Positions 51,677 through 61,761 of a DNA stretch of 64,000 bases are shown here, piece after piece; within the stretch, counting starts at the first letter, position 1; every line of letters starts with the position of its first letter. The notes below the pieces were generated by a model. It saw only the letters and a list, made by a program, of their open reading frames with translations. It did not search any database and was not told where the DNA came from. The stretch is from assembly GCA_041242255.1 (NCBI GenBank), contig JBESAV010000001.1, forward strand, positions 864,001 through 928,000. The letters are read 5' to 3'. Source of the DNA: Candidatus Altimarinota bacterium (GTDB lineage: Bacteria > Patescibacteriota > Gracilibacteria > UBA1369 > GCA-2718715). A program made the translations under genes and the position numbers.

Positions 51677-52195
51677 CTAACCGTTTGATTTGACCAAAAT
51701 ATCATCGATAGCCTTATCTATATCAAACTTTGAGGGTTTCCAACGCCTATCATCTAAAGAGAAAATGTTATCTCCTTTTTCTCTAACTATATCCTGGATT
51801 CTTCGAACTAAAACATGACTTTTAGAAATGGACTTTAAGAAAAAATCTTCAAGAAAATTTCGAATTTCAAACTCATCCAAATTCCCATCCAGATAACCAT
51901 TCAATACAAGGTTTAACCGTAATCTATGTACATTCTCAACAGCAACATCGTATTCACCTTCAACACCATCTACCAAAATACCAAATTCCCTAAAACCAAA
52001 ATAATTAGCAAACTGAGAACTAAGCTCCATAAAGTAATACTCATACTGGCTTTCCACATTAAAATCAGCCAATACAAAACTCAAAGCCTGCTCCAATTCA
52101 TCTTCAGACAGATCTAAACACTCTAAAATTTCTTTAGTTTTTAACTCATAAAAACGTTTCAAACTAAACCTTTCTGGAAAATCAATAATATCCAT
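51677..52195 (-). CDS. Orphan acidic helical protein
   Basis: 172 aa from ATG 52195; own promoter upstream. Confidence 0.6.
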   Translation of the reverse strand: MDIIDFPERFSLKRFYELKTKEILECLDLSEDELEQALSFVLADFNVESQYEYYFMELSSQFANYFGFREFGILVDGVEGEYDVAVENVHRLRLNLVLNGYLDGNLDEFEIRNFLEDFFLKSISKSHVLVRRIQDIVREKGDNIFSLDDRRWKPSKFDIDKAIDDILVKSNG

Positions 52196-52215
52196 ATAAC
52201 TTCTTAATAGATACA

Positions 52216-52244
52216 ATTCTAACCACCTAACCCCAAAGTGTCAA
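52216..52244 (-). promoter_or_regulatory. sigma70 promoter just after the helicase stop
   Basis: TTGACA-17 nt-TAGAAT. Confidence 0.7.
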
Positions 52245-52247
52245 AGT

Positions 52248-55200
52248 TTATATCCTTCGATTTAATAAATCATCCACAAACTCCATCGTTCCCATAAAAT
52301 CAGCCGTATACCTAGATACATCTGGAAAATCCAAGCTTACAATCTTTTCATACACAATCTCCACCAAACTCTCCAACTTATTCAATTCCTCCTCCCCTAC
52401 TTGCAAACTCAAATATCGACTAGACTCATCAGCTTCTAAAAAATACAAACCACACTCTTGAATCAACACTTTAGACAAACGCCTATGGCCCTTCATCAAA
52501 AGGTAGTAAAACCCAAGCTGATTTCTATACTTCCAAGCTTTAGTCTTTTTATATTCATCATAATTTTTATCCCAACTCTCCAATGCAGAACCAGTCTTAA
52601 AATCTATCACTTTCATAGACTCTATACTCTTTCCATCCTCCCCTAATTCAAAACTAACCCAATCCATAGCACCACTCAAGAAGGCATTTTCCCCCAACTT
52701 CACATTTTCATTATAAAAACTAACCTCAGACAAATCCGCCAATCCAAACTTACCACTTAAAAAGATATCTCTATGAACTACCTCTAGATATTTCTTACCT
52801 TTGGCTAAATACTCCTTCAACTCCTTCGAAGTAAGCCTGGCTCTCTTCAATTTAGCCTCGAATTGTTCAATCATTACATTCTTATCAACCAGTTTCCCCT
52901 CACTCTTACAAGCCACCATATACTGAGAAATCCCAAAATGCATAGCAGTACCATACTCAGCCGCTACACTTTTAACTTGAGGAAAACGAAGCAAATTCTT
53001 CTCCAAAAAATACTTAGGACCACCCTTAGATAAATCCAAAAAGTTATTCAAAGCCGTCACACTTAACTTATAATCCACCACCAATGTTTTCAAAAACGAA
53101 AACTCATCACTATCTTTCTCAACATCAACATTTTCAGCCAAATCAACTCCAAGCAAAAGCCCCAAATCAATCTCCACACTTCTAGAATCCAGCCCCTCAC
53201 TCTCCTCAGACCTACCAACTTTATCAAAAAACTCACCTTCAATCACATCTACTAAAAACCTAAACGGTTTCACATCTTTACCATCACTTTTCATTAGATA
53301 AGTACTTAAGAACAAATTCTCTTTTGCTCTACTTAAAGCCACATAAAACAATCTCAAAAAGTCATCCAATTCATCAGCATTCGTTTGAACATTCACGTTC
53401 TGCAGTGTCTTCAGCTTATCAACCCTACCTCTACTTTCCCAACTCCTAGCATTACAAGACAACACATACACCGTCTCAAACTCCATACCTTTTGATTTAT
53501 GAGCAGTCATCAAATTCACTGAATCCTTCCCAGAGACGACATTAAAGCTATTATTTATTCTCAGTCCATGATCCAAATGAGCAGATAGATACTCTACAAC
53601 TTCATGAACCCTCAAAACTTCACCTACTTTATAATCCTTCAATCGATCAAACAAAGTCTTCAAATCCATCAAAAAATTCAAATAATCCTCTTCCTTTTCA
53701 GCCCAATTATCACTTGGGAAATAAAACTCTTTAATCGGAGAAACAAACTTTCCACTCATATCCAATTCGATTTCCTTCCCAGCAATCAAATACTCTAATA
53801 TCTCAAAAACTGACATCTCATTTGAAAGCTGCCCCAAAGTAACCAAAAACTCAATCACCACCTTAATCTCCGGACTAACCACCTCTTCCTCCTCGATCAA
53901 CTCAATCAAATCCTTCTTTTGCTTGTAAGCCGCATGCACATACTTCCACAACTCCAATCTTGGCACATCCCAAAAATCAAAACTCAAAATCTCAACCAAA
54001 AGATCATCCACCCCATACTTCTCACGATCAAACTCAGCATCTAAGTATAAAAGAATTTTATAAACCTTCTCAATTACCTCACTTTCCAAAATATTTTTAG
54101 AATGCTCATAATTAAAAGGAATCCCTTTTTCATGTAAAAATTTCGAAAGATACCTCAAGCTCCTATGACTTCTAGATATAACAGCAATTTCAGATAACTC
54201 CTCACCTGACTCCTTGCGCCTCAAAACCTCTTCAGCAACCCATTCCATCTCTTGAAGTTCATAGTTAAACTCCTTATATGTTATTTCTCCATCTTTCAGT
54301 CCAGTATTTCCAGCTTTAAGCTCTTTCGATAATTCATCTACATAATTCTCAAGTCGATCATCCCCTTGAACTATCAAAGCTCTAATAAGATCTAAAATTC
54401 GTTGCGTTGAACGATAATTTTTATCTAAAACAATCAACTCAACACTTGGATATTTCTTTTTAAAACTCAAAACATTTGAAACCTTCGCTCCTTGAAATTT
54501 ATAAATCGACTGATCATCATCCCCCACTACCATAATATTTGGATCAGACTCTTCACCTAAAACTAAACTAATGATCTCCATTTGAACTCCACTAGTATCC
54601 TGGAACTCGTCCACCATCACGTACAAATATTTCTCCTGAACCATTGCTCGAAAAGTATCATCTTCCTTTAGCTTTAATCGAACATCCATCAACAAATCAT
54701 CAAAATCCACCAACCCTCTCTCATCCATAATCCGTTCATACTCAGCAAAAACAAAACTCAGCTCTTCATTCTTATCCAACCTAGCAAAGTCTTTCAAAAC
54801 ATGATTCTTATCTTTATCCTTGGTAATCCATTCTCTTTTCCAAGCCGTAAAAGGTTTAGTAGATTCTTCATTCTTCATCTCAACAATCATCTCACCAAAA
54901 GATTCTACAAAAACTTCTCCCCAAGATTTTTTCCCAACTAAATTATTATCATTATCATCTTTCACATTTATCTCAGAAGCAATCTGTTCAAAAAACAAAA
55001 CCACTTCATCAATCCTCCCCTTACTCATGCGTCCTAAATCATCTAGAAACTTACCTAACACCACTTGAACACCTTCAATCTCTTTCCTAGCACTAGCAAT
55101 AGCTTCATTAAACTCAACCGCTGAATAAGCTCCTCTCTTAAGTTGTGAAATTTTAGATCGCACATCCGACATATACAAATAACCTTCACCAGGAATCTGC

Positions 55201-55634
55201 TTCCTAAGATTAGCCTCAATATCCAACCTCTCTAAAATAGACTCGATGATCAAAACTTGCTCCAAATCATCAACTACCTTCAACTCTCTTTCATCATAAA
55301 AAAATTCTGCAAAATCACTCCTTAACTGGGAGGCAAAACTATGAAAGGTAAAAACTGATACATCATAAGCAGCATTCCCTATAAAACTCTGTAACCTCTT
55401 TTGAAGATTTTGCGTAGCTGAATCAGTAAATGTTAAACACAAGATAGAATCTGCCATCACATCTGTCCTTCTCAAGATATTAGCTGCTCTCAAACTCATC
55501 ACCTGAGTTTTCCCAGCCCCAGGACCAGCCACTACCATAACTGCACCTTCAATCTTATCTACAACCTGCTTTTGCTCAGCATTCAAAAACTCATAAGCCT
55601 TCTCAAACCTACTCTCAAACTTATTAAAATTCAT
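52248..55634 (-). CDS. UvrD/Rep-family SF1 helicase fused to a PD-(D/E)xK nuclease (AddA/AdnA-like)
   Basis: AGPGAGKT, VDEFQD, GDDDQSIY, TAHKSKGMEF, FYVALSRA; C-terminal GAMD..IDFKTG..QLGFY. Confidence 0.9.
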   Translation of the reverse strand: MNFNKFESRFEKAYEFLNAEQKQVVDKIEGAVMVVAGPGAGKTQVMSLRAANILRRTDVMADSILCLTFTDSATQNLQKRLQSFIGNAAYDVSVFTFHSFASQLRSDFAEFFYDERELKVVDDLEQVLIIESILERLDIEANLRKQIPGEGYLYMSDVRSKISQLKRGAYSAVEFNEAIASARKEIEGVQVVLGKFLDDLGRMSKGRIDEVVLFFEQIASEINVKDDNDNNLVGKKSWGEVFVESFGEMIVEMKNEESTKPFTAWKREWITKDKDKNHVLKDFARLDKNEELSFVFAEYERIMDERGLVDFDDLLMDVRLKLKEDDTFRAMVQEKYLYVMVDEFQDTSGVQMEIISLVLGEESDPNIMVVGDDDQSIYKFQGAKVSNVLSFKKKYPSVELIVLDKNYRSTQRILDLIRALIVQGDDRLENYVDELSKELKAGNTGLKDGEITYKEFNYELQEMEWVAEEVLRRKESGEELSEIAVISRSHRSLRYLSKFLHEKGIPFNYEHSKNILESEVIEKVYKILLYLDAEFDREKYGVDDLLVEILSFDFWDVPRLELWKYVHAAYKQKKDLIELIEEEEVVSPEIKVVIEFLVTLGQLSNEMSVFEILEYLIAGKEIELDMSGKFVSPIKEFYFPSDNWAEKEEDYLNFLMDLKTLFDRLKDYKVGEVLRVHEVVEYLSAHLDHGLRINNSFNVVSGKDSVNLMTAHKSKGMEFETVYVLSCNARSWESRGRVDKLKTLQNVNVQTNADELDDFLRLFYVALSRAKENLFLSTYLMKSDGKDVKPFRFLVDVIEGEFFDKVGRSEESEGLDSRSVEIDLGLLLGVDLAENVDVEKDSDEFSFLKTLVVDYKLSVTALNNFLDLSKGGPKYFLEKNLLRFPQVKSVAAEYGTAMHFGISQYMVACKSEGKLVDKNVMIEQFEAKLKRARLTSKELKEYLAKGKKYLEVVHRDIFLSGKFGLADLSEVSFYNENVKLGENAFLSGAMDWVSFELGEDGKSIESMKVIDFKTGSALESWDKNYDEYKKTKAWKYRNQLGFYYLLMKGHRRLSKVLIQECGLYFLEADESSRYLSLQVGEEELNKLESLVEIVYEKIVSLDFPDVSRYTADFMGTMEFVDDLLNRRI

Positions 55635-55635
55635 A

Positions 55636-56013
55636 TTATTTATACAGCTTATTTTTCCCACTCTCTCGATACTTCGCCCTTCTTAAGCTAACACTTTCTC
55701 GATCAATTCCAACAGGATACTTCTCAGCCAATAAAGGCATTTTTAGCTCGTACATTTCTTGCAAATCTACTCCACAATTTTCAGCTAAGAGCATCAAATA
55801 ATTCAAGACATCAACCATCTCAAATCCAATCTCTCTTTTCATATCATCATCCGACTTAATCCGTTCAAAACTTTTACCTTTATTCAAAGATTCAGCTAGC
55901 TCACCGACCTCCCCCATCAAACTCATCATTGAAGCACCAACATCTTGATCACCCCAACCTCTAACCTCAATGAACTCATGTAATTCTTTCTGAATCTCAG
56001 ATAAACTCTTCAT
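55636..56013 (-). CDS. MazG-like NTP pyrophosphohydrolase
   Basis: RGW, LMGEVGELAE, EMVDVLNYL, KYP. Confidence 0.85.
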   Translation of the reverse strand: MKSLSEIQKELHEFIEVRGWGDQDVGASMMSLMGEVGELAESLNKGKSFERIKSDDDMKREIGFEMVDVLNYLMLLAENCGVDLQEMYELKMPLLAEKYPVGIDRESVSLRRAKYRESGKNKLYK

Positions 56014-56044
56014 AAAAAATGCGGACTATTTAACTGACCGCATT
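56014..56044 (-). terminator. Hairpin/terminator between the adhesin and MazG-like genes
   Basis: AATGCGG-13 nt-CCGCATT plus T-run running into the ATG. Confidence 0.4.
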
Positions 56045-56072
56045 ATAAACCATCTAGATTTTATTTTAAGTC

Positions 56073-58709
56073 CTAAAACCCATAGAACTCTTTCAAACGC
56101 ATATAAAGCTCTTCACCATTAATTTCCTGATCTAATCTATCTTCTTGCACCACATTAGTGACCTTAATATAATCTGCATACCATGGATTAGAATCAAGAA
56201 TATCCCTCTCAACACTTCGATACATAAGAGCACTAAACTCAACATAGTTAAGATTCTTATTTGGTCTAAAGTAACCATCAGGATAACCTTTAATGATACC
56301 TAAACCATATCCAGCTCTAAGATATTTTAATTCTTCATCAGTCATCAAACCGATATCTAAAAATGGTAACTCAACCTCATATTCTTCAATATCTGCGCAC
56401 ATGAAGTCCACAAACATTGCAACAGCTTCAATCCTAGTAACATTTGTAGGATCAAAAGTTCTTCCCATCTCTAAATCATTTACACAGAACTCTCCCCTAT
56501 CTGTAGTAGTTCGAACTTTATCTTTATTAGGTATTACTACATCCTCAGCTTCAAACTCATTTAACTCACCTTCAACTTCACCATCTGAAGCCTCATTATC
56601 TTGGGTAGCAAACGGACTTGAAGTCGACGCCCCACCTGAACCATTACTCGGCGGAACTCTAACTACAGTTACATCTACAGTCTGTTCTGTAAACCCATCA
56701 AATTCATCAGTTGAACGAACTATCACTTCATATGTCTCTCCTAGATCACCATCTAAACTAATACTCAATAATCCATCCGATGTAATACTAAACAAACCAG
56801 AATCAGCACCTCCAGAAATACTAAATTCAACATCATCATCTTCTGGATCTGAAGCCTCAAACCGTCCAACTGCCTCTCTATTTTGAGGAACATCTATTGA
56901 AACATTAGCATCTCCATTCCCAATTACAGGAATTTCATTCTCAGACAAACTAACATTATCTACAATCACAAGCTCTGTTCCATCACTATTCAAGAAAATT
57001 TTCCAATTAAAGACCCCTTCACCATAAGTATCAAAAAATTCAAATAAATTATCATTTACTTCAGTAATAGTATTCGACTCAAGTACTCCATCCACAGTCT
57101 CAACCCATGAATTACCATCATAATAATACCAATTCACCCCATCATTATTTGAAATCTGTAAACTTATAGAACCTTCACTATCATCATCTAAATCAACAGT
57201 AAAAGTCCTTAAAGCTTCATCATACGCCACACCAGTTCCTAAACTTACAAAAGGAGAAGTATCAGGGTAAAACTCTTCAACATTTGGCTGATAAATCTTA
57301 CCTGAAATATAAATCGAATCATTATCTGTATCCGCGTATGTGAAATCATAATTTGAATATGCTACCAATAGATTTCCAGTAGTTGTAGAGACCGCAGGAT
57401 AACTTTGCACTTGAAATGTTCCAATCGCGTCATTCACCTGGAACTCATCTTTAACCACGTTTAAAGTATCATCTAAAACTATACCTGCAACATGATAAAA
57501 CTGATCGTCATCACCAGAGTGATTCGTGTCTAAAGATGACCAAGTTACAAACACGTCACCATTTGCTAACTCTGCCAAAATAGCAAACCTTTGATCACCT
57601 TCAATCTCTTGATTAATCTGTGTCTCACTTACTAGTTCAACTAAATTTTCATCATAAACTTTCGCAGCAATGTAATCACCATCATTATCAGTAAAAGGGT
57701 TACTATTATCATCTGACTCCCAACTAATCACCACCTGACCACTAGACAATTGCAAAACATCCATATTCCATTGACCATTCTCAATTTCATCATTTACCTG
57801 GAACTCAGGCAAAACAACATCCCCGGCAGAATCAAACAATTTAGCAGCAACATAACTCTGCGAATTATCAGTAAAAGGATTGTTCAAATCATTCGAATAC
57901 CAAGACACTACAAAATTACCATTACTTAAACCTCTTACATCCGAACCAGCTTGAATATTTTCAATCTCATCATTCACCTGAAATTCAGACACTACTGTAG
58001 CACCAGTATTATCGATAATTTTAGCAGCTACATATCCACCAGAATTATCATTTCCCACACTAGGATCTAATACTGTATCAGCAGAACTCCATGTAATAAC
58101 AATATTACCATTTGCTAATTCAGACACAGATGGACTACCTTGAATACCAGTAATCTCATCATTCACCTGAAACTCTGGAACTACAGTAGTACCAGCAGTA
58201 TCAATTATTTTAGCAGAAATCAAAGCCTGACTATTATCAGTTCCAAAAGTTGTATCTTGAGACTGCCAAACAACAATAATATTATCATTACTCAAAACCT
58301 CAACATCAGCCACAAACTGCTTCCCAACATAATTATCATTAACAACTATCTCCGATATAACTTCGTCTCCATTGGAATCAATGATCTTCAAACCTACAAA
58401 TGCTTCACTTGTATCAGCAGTTGAAACTGTGTCATTAGACTCCCAAACAATTACATAATTACCATCATTCATTGAGTCGACAATTGGAATCGCCTGTCCC
58501 CCAACAACATTATCATTTATCTGAAATTCCTTAATATTATCAATCAGAAGCTGATTCCCAGCAATCTCGACATCATCCTCATCCGACACATTATAGTCTG
58601 CTGGATTACTAAAGTTCCATGTAGTTATTATAGCCGAAAAAGCTGTCATTGAACCAAAAACCAATAAACCAAGTACTAAAAATGCACTTAAATGCTTAAA
58701 ATACTTCAT
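56073..58709 (-). CDS. Secreted adhesin-like protein: 7 EFQVN repeats, cadherin-like domain, C-terminal SLH
   Basis: Signal peptide; repeats; ASDPEDDDVEFSISGGADSGLFSI; GIIKGYPDGYFRPNKNLNYVE. Confidence 0.8.
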   Translation of the reverse strand: MKYFKHLSAFLVLGLLVFGSMTAFSAIITTWNFSNPADYNVSDEDDVEIAGNQLLIDNIKEFQINDNVVGGQAIPIVDSMNDGNYVIVWESNDTVSTADTSEAFVGLKIIDSNGDEVISEIVVNDNYVGKQFVADVEVLSNDNIIVVWQSQDTTFGTDNSQALISAKIIDTAGTTVVPEFQVNDEITGIQGSPSVSELANGNIVITWSSADTVLDPSVGNDNSGGYVAAKIIDNTGATVVSEFQVNDEIENIQAGSDVRGLSNGNFVVSWYSNDLNNPFTDNSQSYVAAKLFDSAGDVVLPEFQVNDEIENGQWNMDVLQLSSGQVVISWESDDNSNPFTDNDGDYIAAKVYDENLVELVSETQINQEIEGDQRFAILAELANGDVFVTWSSLDTNHSGDDDQFYHVAGIVLDDTLNVVKDEFQVNDAIGTFQVQSYPAVSTTTGNLLVAYSNYDFTYADTDNDSIYISGKIYQPNVEEFYPDTSPFVSLGTGVAYDEALRTFTVDLDDDSEGSISLQISNNDGVNWYYYDGNSWVETVDGVLESNTITEVNDNLFEFFDTYGEGVFNWKIFLNSDGTELVIVDNVSLSENEIPVIGNGDANVSIDVPQNREAVGRFEASDPEDDDVEFSISGGADSGLFSITSDGLLSISLDGDLGETYEVIVRSTDEFDGFTEQTVDVTVVRVPPSNGSGGASTSSPFATQDNEASDGEVEGELNEFEAEDVVIPNKDKVRTTTDRGEFCVNDLEMGRTFDPTNVTRIEAVAMFVDFMCADIEEYEVELPFLDIGLMTDEELKYLRAGYGLGIIKGYPDGYFRPNKNLNYVEFSALMYRSVERDILDSNPWYADYIKVTNVVQEDRLDQEINGEELYMRLKEFYGF
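57290..58529 (-). repeat. Seven ~58-aa tandem repeats (likely beta-propeller blades)
   Basis: EFQVNDEI.G.Q...V..L.NG..V..W.S.D recurs; DNA motif TCATT(C/T)ACCTG(A/G)AA recurs. Confidence 0.85.
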
Positions 58710-58747
58710 AAATCACATTAAATTATCTGATAATTATACCAGAAAAA

Positions 58748-59284
58748 CTAAATTTCGTACACCCTCACCTCACAATTCCCAATCTTTTCTGCATGCCCCT
58801 TTTCTATATCTTCCATCAATAAACTTTCAATAGACCTCATCACTCCAGAATGAGCAACTACAAGCACACAAGCCAAATCATTTTCTAGCAAAAACTCCCA
58901 AAACTCACCTACTCTTTCGACCATCTCAAGATAACTCTCACCACCGACATGCTTATGACCAATCGGGTCTTTTTTATACTCAGCATCAATATCTTTAGGA
59001 ATATCATCAATACAAACTCCAGCCATCTCCCCAAAATCCTGCTCCTTCAAACGGTCATCATAAATCACTTTCGCACAATCCACATCCATCAGTTCCAAAG
59101 TATCCTTCCCTCTCTGATTGCTACTACAAAAAATCGCATCAAACTCCACACCTCTTAAATTTTCACCCAGCTCTACAGCTTGTTTTTTACCTAATTTTGT
59201 TAAAGGAAAATCCATACTACCTCCCATCAGAACCCTATCTCGATTCGCCTCAGTCTGCCCATGCCTACATACGTACACCTTCAT
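58748..59284 (-). CDS. Histidine phosphatase family protein
   Basis: RHGQT, LKEQDFG, GGES, VAHSG. Confidence 0.88.
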   Translation of the reverse strand: MKVYVCRHGQTEANRDRVLMGGSMDFPLTKLGKKQAVELGENLRGVEFDAIFCSSNQRGKDTLELMDVDCAKVIYDDRLKEQDFGEMAGVCIDDIPKDIDAEYKKDPIGHKHVGGESYLEMVERVGEFWEFLLENDLACVLVVAHSGVMRSIESLLMEDIEKGHAEKIGNCEVRVYEI

Positions 59285-60026
59285 AATACTTCTTACATAC
59301 CAAAAACATAATAACAGAACCAACCCCAACTGAAATCCAATAACCTTCTCTCACCAAAACCCCAGACCAATAAGCAACACTCAAAGTTATTGGACTAACC
59401 CACATCCAAAAACCAGCCTCAGAAAAATTCTCCCAAAACCTTCCTGCTCGAACCTTCTCAAAGACAAAAGCACTCAAACTACCTGTCATAAACCAACCTA
59501 TAAAGTTTTGCACAGGCACTTCATACAATCTCCAAGGCAAAAACGCATCCCCCCATTCCCAAACACCTACAGCAGTAAGTCCTGGATCTATACATACATC
59601 AAACATCATCAAACCAAAGCCACACCCCAACACCTTTTCCCAAAAACTCAAACCTTTTAACAAGTAAAGAATGCCCAAAACCATAGGCACATAGATCAAC
59701 GGCAGAACCAACGGCACCTCTCCAAGTACCTTGATTCCACCCATCAGATCCAAATATTCAAACTTTCCATAAGGAAAACCAAAATTAATCGAAGCTAATT
59801 CATATCCATAACTCATCAACCCAACCACCCCAACAGCCACAAAATCTCTCCACTCAAACTTAGAAAACTTTCCCCCAAAGCAAATCCAAAACGGCAAAAA
59901 CATCAACACACTAAACAGCATCCCAAACCTAGCCATCGCCGGAAACAACTCAATCAAATTCTGCAAAGGGAATAAATAAGCACAACTAAATAAACCAATA
60001 CTAATCAAAATATAGCTAAACAACAT
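59265..60026 (-). CDS. CruF-like carotenoid 1,2-hydratase family membrane protein
   Basis: E...INFGFPYGKFEY, VPL, DVCIDP, G.WEW, VPVQNFIGWF. Confidence 0.75.
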   Translation of the reverse strand: MLFSYILISIGLFSCAYLFPLQNLIELFPAMARFGMLFSVLMFLPFWICFGGKFSKFEWRDFVAVGVVGLMSYGYELASINFGFPYGKFEYLDLMGGIKVLGEVPLVLPLIYVPMVLGILYLLKGLSFWEKVLGCGFGLMMFDVCIDPGLTAVGVWEWGDAFLPWRLYEVPVQNFIGWFMTGSLSAFVFEKVRAGRFWENFSEAGFWMWVSPITLSVAYWSGVLVREGYWISVGVGSVIMFLVCKKYYEGVRM

Positions 60027-61197
60027 GATACTTAATTAATTTTCTATAAGGTATCACCGACAGCACCCCAAACACAATCGCCACAATCAAAAATCCATTC
60101 CCAACTCCTCTAGTATCCACAACCCATCCAAGCAAAGGCGCAACTACAGCAAAAACCAACCTAAAAAACATACTATCCATCGACAGGATAGTCGCTCTTA
60201 AACTACTTGGGACACGATCATTCAAAAGCACACTCGTAAACACACCTCGAGCAGCCCTTGCCCAAGTTACTGCTAGATAAAACAAAAGGCTAATTAAAGC
60301 ACCCCAAACACCTATCAGTACCATCCCAACACACGTCAAAATAGGAATCATCAACAAAGAAAACTTCAAACTAAATTTCTTCTGCATCCAAGGCACAGTC
60401 ATTACCATCAATCCAACCGACAAATTCATAGCAGCCCAAAACCACCCAAACAATCCAACTGAAACTCCATTTTCTATAAGCACAGGCTGAAACAACCAAA
60501 CCGAAGAAAAAGTCATCCCAGAAATTGCAGTCCCATACATCAACACCCAAAAAATCTCACGCTTTTCCACAAACACTATCCGTAAAGCCTTCTTGATTTC
60601 ATCCAAATGCACCAATTCCTCTTCTCTATGAATCGGAGGCTCTACCAACCAAAGGGCTACCAAAAACCCTAACAACATAGCAAAACCCTGCAAATAAGCT
60701 GCATACACTAAACTCAAGATAGCAACTAAACCACCAACTACACCTGCAAAAGCCTCCATAAAGTTTCCAACTGACGACATTGAAGACTTATGCTTCACAT
60801 ATTCATGTGATTTCCCCATTGAAAGCAAGGAATCATACATCAAAGCATCATTAGAACCTGATATACAGCATGCTCCAAAACCAATCACAGTCTGTAAAAT
60901 TGCATAATACAAAAAACCATCCATCAACCCATACAAACTATACGACACCCCACATAAAAGAAAACCTATCTGTATCGAAAGCTTCCTACTCAACTTATCA
61001 GATATATAACCGGTCGGCACCTCAAACAAAAACACTGCTATTCCAAAAACTGCCTGCAAGTAAATCACTTCACCAGTACTCAAACCTTGGGATTGGTAAA
61101 ACGGTACAAGCACAGGCAGCAAAAACAACAAATACTGAAACCCCTTCAAAGATTTCAGTATATTAATATTCCTCCTCAAACCATATTCTATATTCAT
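60016..61197 (-). CDS. MFS transporter
   Basis: FEVPTGYISDKLSRK, SG...ALMYDSL, RATILS; ~12 TM. Confidence 0.88.
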   Translation of the reverse strand: MNIEYGLRRNINILKSLKGFQYLLFLLPVLVPFYQSQGLSTGEVIYLQAVFGIAVFLFEVPTGYISDKLSRKLSIQIGFLLCGVSYSLYGLMDGFLYYAILQTVIGFGACCISGSNDALMYDSLLSMGKSHEYVKHKSSMSSVGNFMEAFAGVVGGLVAILSLVYAAYLQGFAMLLGFLVALWLVEPPIHREEELVHLDEIKKALRIVFVEKREIFWVLMYGTAISGMTFSSVWLFQPVLIENGVSVGLFGWFWAAMNLSVGLMVMTVPWMQKKFSLKFSLLMIPILTCVGMVLIGVWGALISLLFYLAVTWARAARGVFTSVLLNDRVPSSLRATILSMDSMFFRLVFAVVAPLLGWVVDTRGVGNGFLIVAIVFGVLSVIPYRKLIKYHVV

Positions 61198-61263
61198 AGT
61201 ATCTTTTTATATTTCATCACAAGATACTACACTCTAGAGATTAACTAAAGTTAAAAATCCATT

Positions 61264-61758
61264 TTACCCCACCAACTTCCCAAATCTCTCAGCATGTTTC
61301 TCATTCTCAGTCGAACCATCTTCATCAAACTCATCCCCAACATGCCCCACATTCATAGCCCCCATCCATCTAAACCCAACCGAAGTTAGATATAACCTAA
61401 GCATCTCCACAAGTCTAACTCCTGCAAATCCACCAGCTGAAACACTTACCACATAAAGTGGTTTATCCTTATATTCATCAACTAACCTATCAAACAAAAT
61501 CTTCAATTCCCCAGGGTAACTATAGTTATATTCTGGACTAACCAGTAAAAGTCTATCCGCCCATTCAACCTTTTCGGCCCATTTTTTAGAAACATCATCA
61601 GGCGCCCACTTCGCAACAGTTCTAGAAGATTCATAATCTCTCACATCTACAGTTTCCACTTCGTCACCCATAGATTTCAACTGATTCAAAGCAAACTTAA
61701 AGACTCTCTCCGACATTCTCCCTTCACGACCAGTCCCAAGCACAACTAAAGTTTTCAT
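61264..61758 (-). CDS. NADPH-dependent FMN reductase family protein
   Basis: LGTGREGRMS, SPEYNYSYPGELK, SAGGFAG. Confidence 0.88.
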   Translation of the reverse strand: MKTLVVLGTGREGRMSERVFKFALNQLKSMGDEVETVDVRDYESSRTVAKWAPDDVSKKWAEKVEWADRLLLVSPEYNYSYPGELKILFDRLVDEYKDKPLYVVSVSAGGFAGVRLVEMLRLYLTSVGFRWMGAMNVGHVGDEFDEDGSTENEKHAERFGKLVG

Positions 61759-61761
61759 ATT

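Noticed and set aside
56293-56886. 197-aa plus-strand ORF and the many other 60-120-aa overlapping ORFs
   Set aside because: Antisense or alternate-frame shadows of well-supported genes, favoured by the strand bias.
57290-58529. Recurring DNA motif at regular spacing, CRISPR-like at first sight
   Set aside because: In-frame degenerate protein repeats with a ~175-bp period; no cas genes.
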